DNA from: Felis catus
Taxonomy: Eukaryota
DNA: 64,000 bases
Direction: 5' to 3'
NCBI RefSeq assembly: GCF_018350175.1
Contig: NC_058382.1
Coordinates: 60,204,001 to 60,268,000 of the forward strand
How positions within the stretch are numbered: position 1 is the stretch's first letter; the number at the start of each line of letters is the position of its first letter. The position numbers and the translations under genes were made by a program. The notes below the pieces were generated by a model. It saw nothing but the letters and a program-made list of their open reading frames with translations, had not been told where the DNA came from and did no database searches. Positions 23,881 through 36,900 of this stretch are shown one piece after another.

Positions 23881-24100
23881 GCGTGGAGAAGGCAGCCTGC
23901 GTCCCCTGTGCGCCATCAGTATCGTGTTCCCTTTGGTTTTCCGTGCTCCTTAAGAATACACGTTACCTTCCTTGTTTTTGTATTCATTATTAACTTAATC
24001 CAACTGTCTGAAGATATTTGTGCCTACTCTCTGCCGGATTTTGTAGCTTCATAAGCCCCGAGTATAGTAAAGGTGTAGTAATGTAAGACTCTTTAAAGTT

Positions 24101-24233
24101 GGGGGCACCTGGGTGACTCAGTCGATTAAACATCCGTCTCTTGGTTTTGGCTCAGGTCACGATCTCACGGTTCGTGAGTTCGAGTCCCACATCAGGCTCC
24201 ATGCTATCAGTGCAGAGCCTGCTTGGGATTCCC

Positions 24234-24266
<33 letters not shown>

Positions 24267-24320
24267 GGCCCTTCCCCGCTTTTACTCTCTCTCTCAAAAC
24301 ACATAAACTTTAAAAAAAGA
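24101..24320 (+). mobile_element. Can-SINE
   Basis: ggggcacctgggtgactcagtcg…ggctcaggtcacgatctcacggttcgtgagttcgag…(CT)n…A-tail. Confidence 0.95.
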
Positions 24321-24325
24321 AGTTG

Positions 24326-24540
24326 TATGGATGATGAATGGGGGGATGGATGGATGGACAGGTGGACGTATGTGCAAATGGATGTTGGATGGATGGATGG
24401 ATGGATGGATGGATGGATGGATAGGTGTTTGGATGAGTGGATGGATGGATGGATGGCCAGATGGATGGATGGGGGATGGATGGATGGATGGATAATTGAC
24501 GGGATGGGTGGGTGGATGAATGGGCAGATCAATGGATAGA
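24326..24540. repeat. Degenerate (GGAT)n microsatellite
   Basis: ggatggatggat… is directly visible. Confidence 0.95.
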
Positions 24541-25399
24541 GTGTGGATTACACTTGGTCATTCATAAGACCGTCACTGATACTTTGGTTGTGAGTTTTGT
24601 TTCTTTCTGAGTCTGAAGCACATTATCCTGGTTCATTACAACACAATCTCCCTGTTGACCAGATCTTTTTACGCTGTGTCATAGCTCTGTGAGTTCCTGG
24701 TCATCAGAGTAAGTAGGTGAGAAACCAGGACTAGACTAAGTTAGTATAAATCTTGCAAACCGTTGGTGGAGTTTGGGTTTCCAGATGGTGGTGTTCAGAA
24801 TCTGTTTTTGATTGGATGGTGCACTTTCCCATTAGAGGTTGTGACTGGCCAAGGACCCCTTCGGTGAGGCAGGGTCACGTTCTGCACCAGGTGTGGTTTC
24901 CAGGTGGCTGGCAGATGGGATCCACGGTACCTATGGTCCCGAGGGAGGGTAGAACCAACGTGGACCAGGACCTTGTGTCACGGAGCAATCCGGGACCATA
25001 CCCATCCACTGAAATCCTGCCCATGGGAGGAACTCCCCCAAGAGGCCACCCACCGCCTCTCCTTTTAGAACACACCTCCGCCTGCTCTGAGCTCTCCCAG
25101 CCCTTGGCTCACACTGCCCCCAGGTGACCATGGCTTGTCTTCTACATCCTGGTCCCTACGAGCCTGCGGCTTGCCGTTCCCTGATGCTCCTTGAAAGTAA
25201 TCGGATGCGGGGGTCGCTGCCAGGATCTGCTGCCCTCTCCTGTCTCCTGCTTCCGTGAGGTGCTTATTCAGGAGGCCGACGTTCAGAAGCTTCAGAAGGT
25301 CAAGGCTTTGAGCTGTCTGACTGAGTCAGGTCTCAGCCAGATTCCTGGTGTTTGGAGGGGAAACGGCTGCTAAGAATCGCGGGTGCTGCGGAGTGCCGC

Positions 25400-25565
25400 C
25401 GCGTGCGAACCCTAGAAGGGGCACGATCACCACTCTTCAGTTTCAGTTGGGGGACCCGAGGCATAGAGAGGTGAGGAAGCCGACCCACGGCCCACAGCTG
25501 GTTCATGGCACGATCAGGGTCCAGAGCAGACGGGCCGGGCCGCCCGCGGGCCTGTGTTCCCTTTT
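25400..25565 (-). mobile_element. MIR
   Basis: ccgaggcatagagaggtgagg…cccacggcccacagctggt resembles the MIR core. Confidence 0.6.
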
Positions 25566-25569
25566 CCAG

Positions 25570-26070
25570 CATTTTATTGTAAAAAGTCCAACACACAGGA
25601 GAGTTAAAACAACCTTGCGGCGACCACCCACATGCCCACATCTCATTCCACCGTTCACGTGAACTGCATTCACGTCGTCCGTCTCCATCCGTCTCTCGTC
25701 CCTCTGTCCATCCGTGAATCCTTTTTTTTTTGGTGTGCTTTTCAAAAAGCATTTGCTGACACTGGTAGGTTTCACCCCAAACCCTTGAGCTCACGTTTCA
25801 CCAACTGGAGTTCGATATTCATGTTTTTGCGTGAAATTTCCATGCCATGAAATACACGCACCTTAGGTTTACTCTTTGCCGAGTTTCAACAAAAGCAAAC
25901 GCCTATGGAACCCGTCCCCATATCAAGACTTGGAACCGTCCCATCAACAGTCTCCATACTTCTTAATAAGTCTACCCCCCGTCCCTCGGGGGAACCACAG
26001 CCCTGGTGTTTTCATCATAGATTAGTTCTGCTTGTTCCGGAACTCTACATAAACCAGAGTCAGCATTTTT
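25570..26070 (-). mobile_element. L1ME-type 3' end fragment
   Basis: ttttattgtaaaaagtccaacacac…gtgaaatttccatgccatgaaatacacgcaccttagg…catagattagttctgcttgttccggaactctacataaa. Confidence 0.7.
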
Positions 26071-26149
26071 AACCGCTAGTCCACACCGCCATGTGATGAG
26101 GGGTTTTCCAAGGGCTGGCTGTGGGGGACCGACAGATCTTTCCTTTCTC

Positions 26150-26690
26150 TGAGCGTCAGCCGGGGTTCTCCTCGCTTCTCCGGCGAAGCGGAACCAACAG
26201 GACATCTACTGTCTGTCTATCCCTGTCTGTCCGTCATCTATCCATGTTATCTCTCTCTCTCTTGCTATCTACCTACGAAGCACCTCTCTCTTTTTATCGT
26301 CTGTCGACATCTGTCTGTCTCCTTTCCCTGCAGGGAGAGAGAGATTGATTTTTATTTTTTTGAGATGTATCTTAATTTTAACGACCGTGGGCTGGCAAGT
26401 CTGAAATCTGTAGGGCGGGTCAACAGGCCGGAGACGCTGGCTAGATGTCTGCTACAGTCACGAGGCAGAATTGTTTCTTCTCTGGGAAAGCTCCGTTTTT
26501 GCTCCTCAGAACATCAACTGGTTGGAGGAGGCCCTCCCACCGTGGGAAGACTGACCCCTGTTACTCAGAGCCAGCTGACCACACGCTCCCCGAATCTACC
26601 GAGTACCTTCGTGGTAACGTCGCCTCTGGCGTCTGGCCAAACGGCTGGGCACCCCGGCTTCCCCAGCTGACACGTGAAATTGACCTTCAC
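26150..26690 (-). mobile_element. ERVL solo LTR (MLT2 family)
   Basis: ggggttctcc…gaaccaacaggac…ggctggcaagtctgaaatctgtaggg…tcaactggttggaggaggccc…ctgacacgtgaaattgaccttcac. Confidence 0.85.
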
Positions 26691-28014
26691 GCTGGCTGTG
26701 GGAAGGCGGGGTCCCCACGCGGAGGCGGGACCTCAGCGGCCGTCAGGGGGAGCCCGAGCGGGCCGGGCTGCTGACAGCACAGCTGTCGTGCCCCGAGAAG
26801 GTTCTGTGCGCCGCTCTCCGCAATGAGGATGACGCACTCCTCCCCATAGATGATCTGATCGTGTTTTAATGAGAATAATATTTGCTGCGAGGAAGGATGA
26901 ATCCAGCCATGTTTTTATGTCAGCCAGATGTCTTCAACTATTTACCCCCTCCCAGGATTAGGAGTCTGGCAAAACCTGTAATGCAGCCGCCCCCGCTCCC
27001 CCCCCAAGGTCCCTTCCCCCGGCCCCGCCACCCCCCTTACCGTCAAGCCCATGGGTGTTTCCAGGGAAATGTGGGCCACGTGTAGCTGATTCATTTACAC
27101 GTTGCTCATCAAAATACAGCTTTGTCAGAGCTAATTGGCGGCCGGGTAGCCTTTCAAGTCCTTTTTGTAAGTCTCTCACCATCCCTGTCGTTTCGGCCAA
27201 GTGTTACCAGAGCCCCTGTCCGAAGCTCAGAAGCTCTGGCATCTGAGCGGGCACCAAACTTGGCCGAACGTTTGCTGCTGATTTTTGGCGGAGCAGAGCC
27301 CGCAGCTGGGAAAGACGAGACTCCGGGCGTAGTTAACTGTTTTCTCCCCTTAACGTTTCTCAGGCTCACAGCACGCTCTGGGCGGAGCGTGCGGGACCCA
27401 GCCGCCGCTGTGACAGGTAGGGCTCTGCCCCTGGGTCCCGGGCCGCTCTGGGATGGCTCCGCGTGTGACCGAGTTGCCTCGCGCGGGTCTCTCTTTGACA
27501 GGCTGTTGGCTTTCGCCAGAGAACGGGGCAGGGAAGTCGTGTCTGTTTCTTCGCTCTGGAGCTTAGCTCGCTCTTTGACGTGCTCCCTCAGTCCCTTTCC
27601 GTGAACACCTGCTGGGTGACGCGCTCTGGAGACAGGGCTGGGCGGCAGCCGTGACAGCGGCTCGTGAGCGTCCCTCCGGAGGGACCGACCCGGGGTGCGG
27701 AGGCCCCGCGCGGCCTGAGAGGGAAGCGCCGGGCGGGGGAGGGGGGTGGAGACACGGTGTGCTGACACCATCGTGTGGGAGGAGGGACAGGAGGTGGGGG
27801 AGGTCACGCACGTCCCCGCTGCGTGAGGGAGCTTGAGATGTCGACCGGGCTGGGCCGGTGTCAGACTGGGTCCAGTTTTGCTGCTGTTTCAGTCCAGTTC
27901 GCAGGGAGGTGATAGACTCCGGTAGAACTCGGGTCTGCGACCTGCCACGTGTGCACGCGGTGTAACCCTCCCGGCCAGCGCGCCACCCGCCCTCCGCGGT
28001 CTGCTCCTCCCTCC

Positions 28015-28180
28015 CGCCAGACCCCCGCAGCCCCTGCTGGATCCCCGCGACCCCTGGTGCACTCCACAAGACCCCCACAGACCCCGCCCTCCCCCCCGCG
28101 TGACCCCTGCAGTCCCCGCCAGATCCCCAGGACTCCTGATACACCCCCGCAGACCCCACCGACCCCCACAGACCCGCCAC
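28015..28180. repeat. Degenerate C-rich short tandem repeat (cagacccc(c)-like units)
   Basis: Repeated agacccccgc / agacccccac / agaccccac units. Confidence 0.6.
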
Positions 28181-28789
28181 ACTTCACCGCCTCACACAGG
28201 TCCTGCTGGCCCCAGCGCCTCCATCCGATTTCTGGCACCGGAGGTCAGCGCTCCCTTTTCCGGAACGTCACTGAGGTGCAGGGACCCACGACGGGACCCC
28301 GCGCGGCTGTGTCCCCTCCCGCCACCCTGCGTCTGAGGGTCTGCTCCCTTTGCGGCCGATGGCACTCCCCGATGCGGACACCCGGTGCTGGCTTGTCCAC
28401 CCGGGTGGGGGGGGGGCTGCTGGCCGGGTCCACTTCTGCACCGTCAAGCATGGAGCCCCTGGGAGCCCTTGTGCCGGCCGGGTGGGCCTCGGACCCCCGG
28501 CTCCCCGTGTGGTCACGTTACGGACCGCTGCCAGACGTCTTCCGAGGTGGCTGCAACGTGAGGCTCGGCCACGCGGGACAGGTGGAGCCCCGGCGCCCGG
28601 CGGCCTCCGGTTCTGCGGGGTCAGCGTCGCTGACCTGGGCCATCCTGGCGGGTGTGCCGTGGTCCCTCCCGGGGGCTCGGATTGGCGCTTCTCTCACGAC
28701 TAACATGTTGAGCATCTTTCCGTGGGCTCCACCAGCGGCCTCTTTATTACAGGTGCGGAGGGGGGAGCGTTGGGCCGGGGGCCGGCGGG

Positions 28790-28900
28790 GGGCCGAGCCT
28801 GGATCTCGGCTGCCGACTCGCTGTGTGACCTCGGGCAAGTTCCTCGGCCTCCCTGAGCCTCACCTCCCGCAGCTGTTTGCGTCGGGGCTGCTGTGAGGCC
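28790..28900 (+). mobile_element. MIR
   Basis: gctgtgtgacctcgggcaagttcctcggcctccctgagcctca. Confidence 0.7.
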
Positions 28901-29359
28901 GAGTAGCGGGTGGCAAAGCACTTGCCCGTTGGTTGCGAGGTCGTTGTGCGGTCGTGGGCCGCGAGGCGCTGCGCCGGAGTCTCGCTGTCACTCCCCCTGC
29001 CTCGGTTCTGCCGCTGGACGTGGCGACGCCCCCTTCCTTACTCACGTCCCCGTCACAGTCACGGCGGCAAAGTCGACTGTGTTGACTTCGACTGTGGCTG
29101 TGGAAATTTGGGTAGCAGGCTGCTCTCACGTACAGGTCTGTTTTGTTTCCTGGGGCAAGGGGGTGGGGGGAATTGATACACGAGGGTCCGTTCTTTCTGG
29201 AAGTCTGTTCCCCATCAGGATACTCCAGTTCTCACCCCCCCCCACCAGCTTCCCTGCCGCCAACCCCCCCCCACCCCCCCGGCACACACACTGGCCTGGG
29301 CAACACAGGCAAGACCACGTTCCGACTTTCTTAGGCCATGAGCCTTGGGACCATCCTGG

Positions 29360-29880
29360 ACACCCCTCCGTCCCGCCCACATTCCGGCGTCAGCAGGTCC
29401 TGTGGCTCCGCTTTCAGGGTGGGTCCAGCACCCCAACAATGAGGGTGACCGCCTCATCGCACGCACTCGGGCGGTCCCTCCTCTCCCACCTGGCCCGATG
29501 CCGTGACTCGCGAATGGGTCTGTCCGGTCCCCCTGCCCGGGCCTGCAGTCCGTTCTCCAGAGAGCGGGCGGCCAGAGGTCTCCCGTGTCCCTCGTCCCCA
29601 ACCCCGTCCACACCCCTCCCGCCTGTGACCTTCTGCCCAGGCCACCCCCACCGGCTCCGTCAAAGGCCTCCTCCTCAGACCCCCGCTGCCCTCGGCATCC
29701 CCCACCTGCTTTGTTCGCCTCACGGCACGGGCGGGCAGCTGACAGGTTGTGCCCGTGTTTCGGGTCTGTCCTGCCTCTCAGGTGTCGACCCCGTGCCGTG
29801 GGGGTTCCCTGCCCTCGTTCCCTGCCCGTCCAGGCCCCCTGTGCTTGATGTGCGCAGGGCCCGGGGCACCTGTTGAGGGA
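29360..29880 (+). mobile_element. L2a 3' fragment
   Basis: cacattcc…tcagcaggtcctgtggctccgctttca…ctctcccacctgg…cagtccgttctcca…ggccagag. Confidence 0.65.
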
Positions 29881-31839
29881 GCACGCTGGGAATGGCCTTG
29901 TGGATCCCCCCGGACTTGGTGACGGTAACGGCCGAGAGCTGTGGGGCTCCTCTCGCGAAGATCAGGCTCAGGAGGTAAATTACTTTTCCGGAACCACCGA
30001 GGAGTCGGGAAGTGGTTCCCGCAGGTCACGTTCATCCAGTCACGGCAGGGCGTATGTGGGTCGTTCTTGAGCGCGGGGGTGTGGGAAGAAGGTATTAAGT
30101 CCGGATCTCTGAATACACCGGGGCCTGCCAACGGGCCCCTCAGGAAGGCGTGCACACAGGAGGCAGCTGTTGCACACACGCCTCCCAGACATCAGCCTCT
30201 GCGGTCCTTGCTCTTGGGTTGACGGTTTTTCTGGAGTGTCCCCCGCCCACGTTCCAGCTGAGGATGAGGAAGAGGGCGAGCCGGGCCCCAAACCCCAGCA
30301 GGGAGTGGGGGAGAGGCGTGTGTGGTCTTGGGGCCCGGCATGCAGCCTGCAGTAACGGGTGATCGACTGACTGATGGGCTGAGGCGGCTGGCGCTCGCCT
30401 TGCGTTGTGCCCTGGATCCCCGTCAGAACGGAACCCCTGCCTGCGCCAGGCCAGAGAAGGGCCCCTGACCCCACGCTCCCGCTGCTGGGGATTCTTGGGC
30501 TCTTCACTCCCTAAGCTACCGGAAGGTTCTCTTTCTGAACCAGCATTTTCCCAGCAGCGCCCCCCAACACGGCCGTACGCACAGAAGTTGCAGGCTCCTA
30601 GGCTTTGCTCTTGGCCGTGCGGACCCTCCACCCTCTCAGCCTGTGCGGTCACCTTCCATCTGAAGGCGCCTCCTCCGCCGGTCCCTCTGGGTTTGCCCCT
30701 TCTGTTCCTTTGCTCGCATCTCGGTTTTGCTCAGGGGCAGAGAGAAGTGGCACACGTGGTCGGTCAGATTTAACCAGAGCTGTAGACTTGTTTCCAAAGT
30801 TTCCAATTCTATCTGAGAGAAGCTCAGTTAGTCATTATTATGACTTTAACGCCTCTCAAACAATTGCTGGTCTCTTTCTTAATGAAGGAAGAGGAAGCCG
30901 CAGGAAGCAGGGGTATCTAACTGGAATTTACGCATAGTGTGTCGTTTTCATTGTATTTGTCTTCGTGGATTCCTTGGTTTGTTTTTTTTTTTAAAGCAAA
31001 TGATACTGATTCCCCATTGGTAGTAGTGACAAAAATTTCTCTTTAAGATAAATTTAGATGTTTCGGAAAGAAGTTGATTTTGAGGAAACACGGTAAGGGA
31101 AGAAGGAGGTAGGTATTATCGAGATTTGGCAAATGTCATCGGAGGGGTACATAAATGATTGGTGTTTGGGAAACCCTCAAATAGCAGGAGATGCTCTGAG
31201 CTACTGCTGGGCAGTCCTGAACTCCAACCCTGGCTTCCCCTGTCATGGTGGTGGACCCCACCACCCATTACGGATCATTCGGGGAATTCGGTATGATGTC
31301 GATACGGATTCCTTACCTGGGAGCACCTAGAGGGGTGTGGAACACGTTTTGGAGATCGCTGTCCTAGGAGCTCGGTGACAAGTACCCGTCCCTAACTGTG
31401 CCACCCCGGCCCCCGCCCACCTGGCACACCCAGCAGCCCCCAAGGCAGAGACCTGCCATTAATTCCTCCAGGCTTACGATAGCTGCTTCCAACATACGTA
31501 CCGAATGGTGGTACCAACAGCCTTAACCCCTGTCGCCAGGCACGGTATCTCCATCATCTCCAATCAATATTGTCCTCAAACGTCAGCCTGGGGAAAATGC
31601 TCAGAGTCTGTGGTTAAATAAGGGCGTTGCAGAGAGTTTATAAATTGCCGTAAAGTCCACAGCTGCCCTACCTTGGGGAGAAATGCCCTTTATCCGGAAA
31701 TTGTGTCCTTTTCGTTATTTGATGAAATGATCGTGTTAGCAGGGGGTAATAGATTTTTAGGGTTTGTAGTTAAAATGTGGAAATAACAAATTATCAACCT
31801 GACATTAAACCAAAAAACTCGTCTGAAAACTTTACTGCT

Positions 31840-34800
31840 TTGGGGACATCTGATTCTGGCCAGTCTGGAGCAACGGGAACAGGCTTACTTGCCACTACAT
31901 TTTCACCCAGAAAATGGGGTGAGGTCGACAGAGCACGGCCTCACACATCGGGAGGCGAATGATGTGAGGAGGGAAGCACACAAGGGTCCCGTGACTGCAC
32001 CAGCCCCTCAGGAGGGAAATGAAATAGAGGCGGCAGGCTCACCAAGTGGGGAGACTGGAGTTCGGGGAGGCCAAATCAGCAAGAACTGAGGGCAGGGGAC
32101 CGGGGGCCTGTAGAGGGACTCCACAGCGTTGTGCCGAGCGCTGAGCGCACATGTGTGGGGAGGAGGCGCCCGGAGGGGCAGGCAGAACAATCCTGGGAGC
32201 TCGCGCAGGACTGGCTAGTTTGTGTTTCCGGCAGGCAGAGTGGGAAGGACCTTCTAAGACGCTGGCCTTGGGCGGATTCTCAGAAGAGTACTCTCTGCAT
32301 GATGGTGGTAAATTAGCTCTCACCGAAGTCTGCTCTGGACCCACCCTAACAGCATTTAAAAGCAGATCTCAGGAGGATATGACCGACTCCAAACAACTGG
32401 ACTGCACACCTGAGTAAAATCCATCACTCTTTAAAAGATCACAACAAAAGCCGGAAAGCAACCGCGGACACGGGCGATGTCTGGCATTCAATCAAAAATA
32501 ACCAGGCATGGAAAAAAAAGCAGAAAGTTAAGACCCATAATCAGGGAGAACATGAACCGACAGAAAGAGACCCAGAAGCAGCAGAGGTGATGGAATTAAC
32601 AGACAAGGTTAATACAGCTGTTGGAACTATGCCCCGCATGTTCAGGAAGGAAGAGAAATACGTAACGAGAAATGAAAGATATAAAAAAGTTACAAATGGG
32701 ACTCTAAGAGATGAAAACTTAATATTCGAAATGAAAAATGTGCCGGATGGGACTCACAGCAGATAAACACCGTGGAATTAAAGATCAGTGGGTTTGAAGC
32801 TATAAAAATGATCCAAAACAAACCAGAGAGAAAAAAGACTGAAAAACAAAATAACAGAAGCCTGGTGCCCCGTGGGGTAATATCCAGTCCTCCAGCCCAT
32901 GTGTAACTGGGGTTCTGGAAAGAGGAGAGAGAGAAGCAGGGACAGAGAATGTTTTGAAAAAATAATGGCCAGAAATTTTTTTAATTTACTGGAAACCATA
33001 AACCCACAGATCTAACGAGCAAAATAAACCCCTTGTAGAATAAACATTGAGAAAGCACATGAAGGCACATTATAAACAAATTCCTGAAGCCCGGTGATAA
33101 AGCAGAAACAGCCAGAAGCGGCTGATAAAAACAGCACTGTGGATGCCCGAGCAGAGCTGTGAGGGACAGCAGACCTCTTGCCAGGAACCATGCCACCCGG
33201 AACACGATGGGGCGACGTCTTCAGTGTGTTAAAAAGGGGGGAAACTGTCAACTAAGATTTCACTGCCCAGTAAAAATGTGGTTCAGAATTGGAGACAAAG
33301 CGAACACCGTTCAGACGAGCAAAACCCGGTAGAATTCATTGTCAGCGTATCCACCCGATAAGAAACGTGAGAGGCGTTCTTCCCGCGGAAGAATGATCCC
33401 CCATGGAAACAGCCCCACACACAGTAATTGCACAGGTGACCGGAAAATGTGGTTTTCTCGTTTTTCTATCTCTTGAAATGATAATTTGCTGTCCAAAGCA
33501 GAAATAATACCAACGCATTTTGGGGTTCACATTCTACATGGAAGTACCATCCCCGATGATAACAGCGCGAGGGACGGGAGGGAGACATGGGAGTGTGTTG
33601 TCCTCAAACCGTGTGTGACGAGGCGTAACAAGATGTGGAGGCAAACTGTGATGCGTTTCACACGTCCGTCGTAACCTCCAGAGCACCCACTGAAAATAAA
33701 ACGTGAAGGCGTAGCTGATAAGCCCATGGTGCGGAGAAAGGAGAATCATTAAAATACGTCCCTCGGTGAACCCACAAGAAGCCATGACCGTGGGAGCAAG
33801 AAAACAAGGAAGGGACAGGAGAACAGAAGCCAGATCACGGGGACGGTTTTAAAGCGGCTCGCACCGATAATTACATTAGTGTCAACCGTCTCACGCTCAG
33901 AGCGGACACAGACCGCGAGACGGGACAACGTGGGGACCCCAAGGAAGCTCTGCCTGCGAGACGTGTGGCTTCACTAGGAGGGCACACGTAGGTTGGAAAA
34001 GACAAACCATCTAAACCAACCAGCACGAAGCTGGAGGGGCTGTGTCAGTGCCGGAGTAGATGTCGCATCAAGGAAAGTTTCCAGGGATAAAGAAGTCGAT
34101 TCTCGGCATAAAGGGGCCCATTTGCATAGAAGACACGAATGCTAAACGTGTGGGTCCTTAGTAACAGCTTCAAGTGTGAAAAGGAAGCCTCAAGAGCGTT
34201 GTGGGGAGACAGGGAGAAATGCACGTTTTTAGCCAGAGCCTTCTACACGTGTGCCCTGCAGGGTCGTAGCCGGGGGTGGGGGGGCGTCCACAGCCAGGGC
34301 AGGTGGGGAGGTACCAGGAAGAACACGGAAGTGGCTCGTGCGGCGGTGGGGCCGACCAAGCAAGCCTGACGGCAGGGGTGCAGGCACAGGTACAGCCAGC
34401 ACTGGTATTCGTAGGAAGACAGTCTTCTTTCCCCGCAGAAGCGTCGGCCTGCCTTTCAGAGTCCTCCGACGGGGTCCGGCGGGCCCACGCAGGCTCCTCC
34501 CCCTTATGTGAAGCCAGCTAATTAGGGACTCAGTCCCATCTGCAAACCCCCTTCCCAGCAGCGCCTAGACACGCGTCTGGCCGCCCGACTCGGGCTGTCG
34601 CCCAGCACAGCCAGCACAGCAGCCCTGGCCCAGCAGCTAGAGGACAGGCGGACAGAAGATCGGTGACGACACAGGAGACTCAAAACACGTTACCAATTAA
34701 CTGTACCCAGCTGGCACCCCTAGAACATTCCAGCGCACGGCAGAGCGCACATGGAGCGTTCATCCGGATGGGCCGTATTCCGGACCATAAACCAGATCCC

Positions 34801-34870
34801 AATGAATGGAAGATTCGAACCATACAAACTGTGTTTTCCGACCAAGGGGGTTAATTGCAGAGAGGTCAGG
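31840..34870 (+). mobile_element. Ancient L1M 5' portion (5'UTR, decayed ORF1, endonuclease part of ORF2)
   Basis: A-rich ORF1-like blocks (gatggaattaacagacaagg, gaaatgaaaaat, aaaataatggccagaaattt); 34740-34850 translates SAHGAFIRMGRIPDHK…IQTVFSD, like L1 EN SAHGTFSRIDHILGHK…IQSIFSDH. Confidence 0.85.
34250..34620 (-). mobile_element. MLT2-family LTR nested in the L1M endonuclease region
   Basis: gaagtggctcgtgcgg…caagcctga…ggcccacgcaggct…ccccttatgtgaagccagctaatt…catctgcaaacccccttcccagcagcgcctaga. Confidence 0.65.
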
Positions 34871-35838
34871 AGACTTCTCCAAGACCAGGTCGCTAATAAG
34901 AGAGGAGACCAGGGTTTGGACACAGGCTTTCTTCCCACTTCCTGTGCCCCTGGCTCCGGGTGAGCGAGCAGGTCTGTGCCCCGGGGATGGGACCCGGCTG
35001 GCACCGGGCGGCACCCGTGTCTTGTAAAATGCTCCACGTTGCTGGTGACCGTGTGTTATTGGTGCCAGGCTGCGCAGTCGGTCGTCGAGCTCAGCGTCAC
35101 ACACGTCGTCAGAAGGGCCTCACGGGCTCCACCCCGGGTGCGTTTGTCTTTGCAGACAGACCCCCGGCATGCACTGACGTCTTGGGAGTTTCTTTGGAGG
35201 ACCCAGAGAGGCGGCGGGGACAGCGTGATGGATTGGAGCTGGCTGGGGACCCTGTGTCCCTCCTGGAGGTCCAGAGGCACCCCCCAGACACTGCCAGAGT
35301 CGTCTCCGACGGAACGCGGGGTGGGGAGGCGGTGGCCGCCTGGGCCGGCGTGGAAGCCTTCACGAGCCACCTCCTCCCCCGTGAGATAACGGAAGAGGTC
35401 CTGCTCCAAGATGTCTTGACCTCGGAGCTCTAGCTGAGATGTGAAGGTGGGGACTCTTTCCCTGTTATCACTGAGTCTTTGTCCCTTGGCAGGCTTCCGG
35501 GCTGCCTGTGGTAGGTAGTTCTGGGCCCCGTCCGTGCAAGCACAATCCCATCATCCACCAAAACTCAAATGACCCAGCACATCGTCTCGCTTACTCATCT
35601 GCTTTTGTGGCAAGTTCGGGTAAAAAAGCGGCTGTGAAAAAAGACAATTAAATCCAAACCAGATGTTGCACGAAACACGTATGTGAACCCTAGATGACGA
35701 AGCGATGTGCCCCAGAAGCCGCGGCGGGACGGGGACGTGGCCGTGGCCGTTCACGCATGGCACGCTGCCCTGAGGTCCGGCGCCAGGACCGCGTGAGCTT
35801 TTCCGAGGCCGCAGAAATCCCGAAGCCGAGGCGATGTA

Positions 35839-35895
35839 CTTATCTGCTGATTGGCAGGTGATAATGCTTTATTGGAGCACAGACATTTCCGGAGT
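35839..35895. promoter_or_regulatory. E-box/GATA composite in a candidate enhancer
   Basis: Minus strand reads CACCTG-N9-AGATAAG; also TGATAA (35859-35864), TGATTGG, TTTATTGG and TTTCCGG. Confidence 0.4.
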
Positions 35896-36782
35896 AATTT
35901 ATCCCTTCACTCATCTGGTTGGGAAGGGGGAGCGCTGCGGGGAGAGGGGGACGTGGAAGCGGGTTAAGGGGGCCGAGGTCGAACTCGTTTGCCAAACTAC
36001 ACAACTACAACGAAACGCTGCATTAATCACCACAAATTAAGACACTGTTTACCGAGGGTTGGAGGGGTCCATCGCTTAGTAACTGTGGGGTTTCCTGTGT
36101 CCCTCCTGACCCCCCTCCCAGCCCCCGCTGCCCGCTGGCAAGCCGGCGTGTTTTTCTTGCCACGCGAGTCCGCTGGAATCGGGACTCGGGTTCTCTTGGG
36201 AGCAGCGTGTTCTGCGGTTACTCTGAGCGGGGACGGGGCGTCGGTTCTCCATCGCGGTGCTGAGCGTCCCCAGCGCGGCCACGGGGACGCCCCAGGGAAC
36301 CCCGCTCCTCTGGCCGACAGCCCCTGCGTGGGGCCTGGGGGCCTGTCTTCTGCTGCGCGAGGTTCTGTCTGTGTGGGCTGCAGCCCAGCGAGGTTCTGAC
36401 CACGGTGGCCCCGACTTCTGAAAGCCCCCCCACCCGGCCTGTAACGGGCCCACGGATTCCACGGTATGTCCGCTTTCCTGGGAGGTTGGTGACTTTCCGA
36501 TCCTTATTCCAGTGACCACCCGCCCGCCCACCCCGTTCTGCAAGACGCGGAGCTGGGGAAGGGCGGGGGCCCTGCCCACAAGGGGTGCACAGGCGGGAAG
36601 GTTTGGGGGGGCCCTGGTAGCAGGGGCTCCGGGAAGCTGTGGGGTGGGGAGCAGCGCACTGCAGGACGGGGGTCCCCAAGGGGCTGGGATGCAAGGGCTG
36701 CGTCTCGTGGACCCCGGCCCAGGCGACCGGCCGTCCCTCCCCAAGGACACCAACGTACAACAGGACGGCCCTCAGTTCGCCA

Positions 36783-36900
36783 CCGGAGCGTGGCGCCTGC
36801 TTTGGACTCTGTGTGTCTCTTTGTCTGCTCCTTCCCAGCTTGCACTGTGTCTCTCAGAAATAAATAAATGTTAAAAAAAAAAAAATTTGAAAAAAGAAAG
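36783..36900 (+). mobile_element. Can-SINE 3' half
   Basis: cctgctttggactctgtgtgtctc…tctctcagaaataaataaatgttaaaaaaa. Confidence 0.85.
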
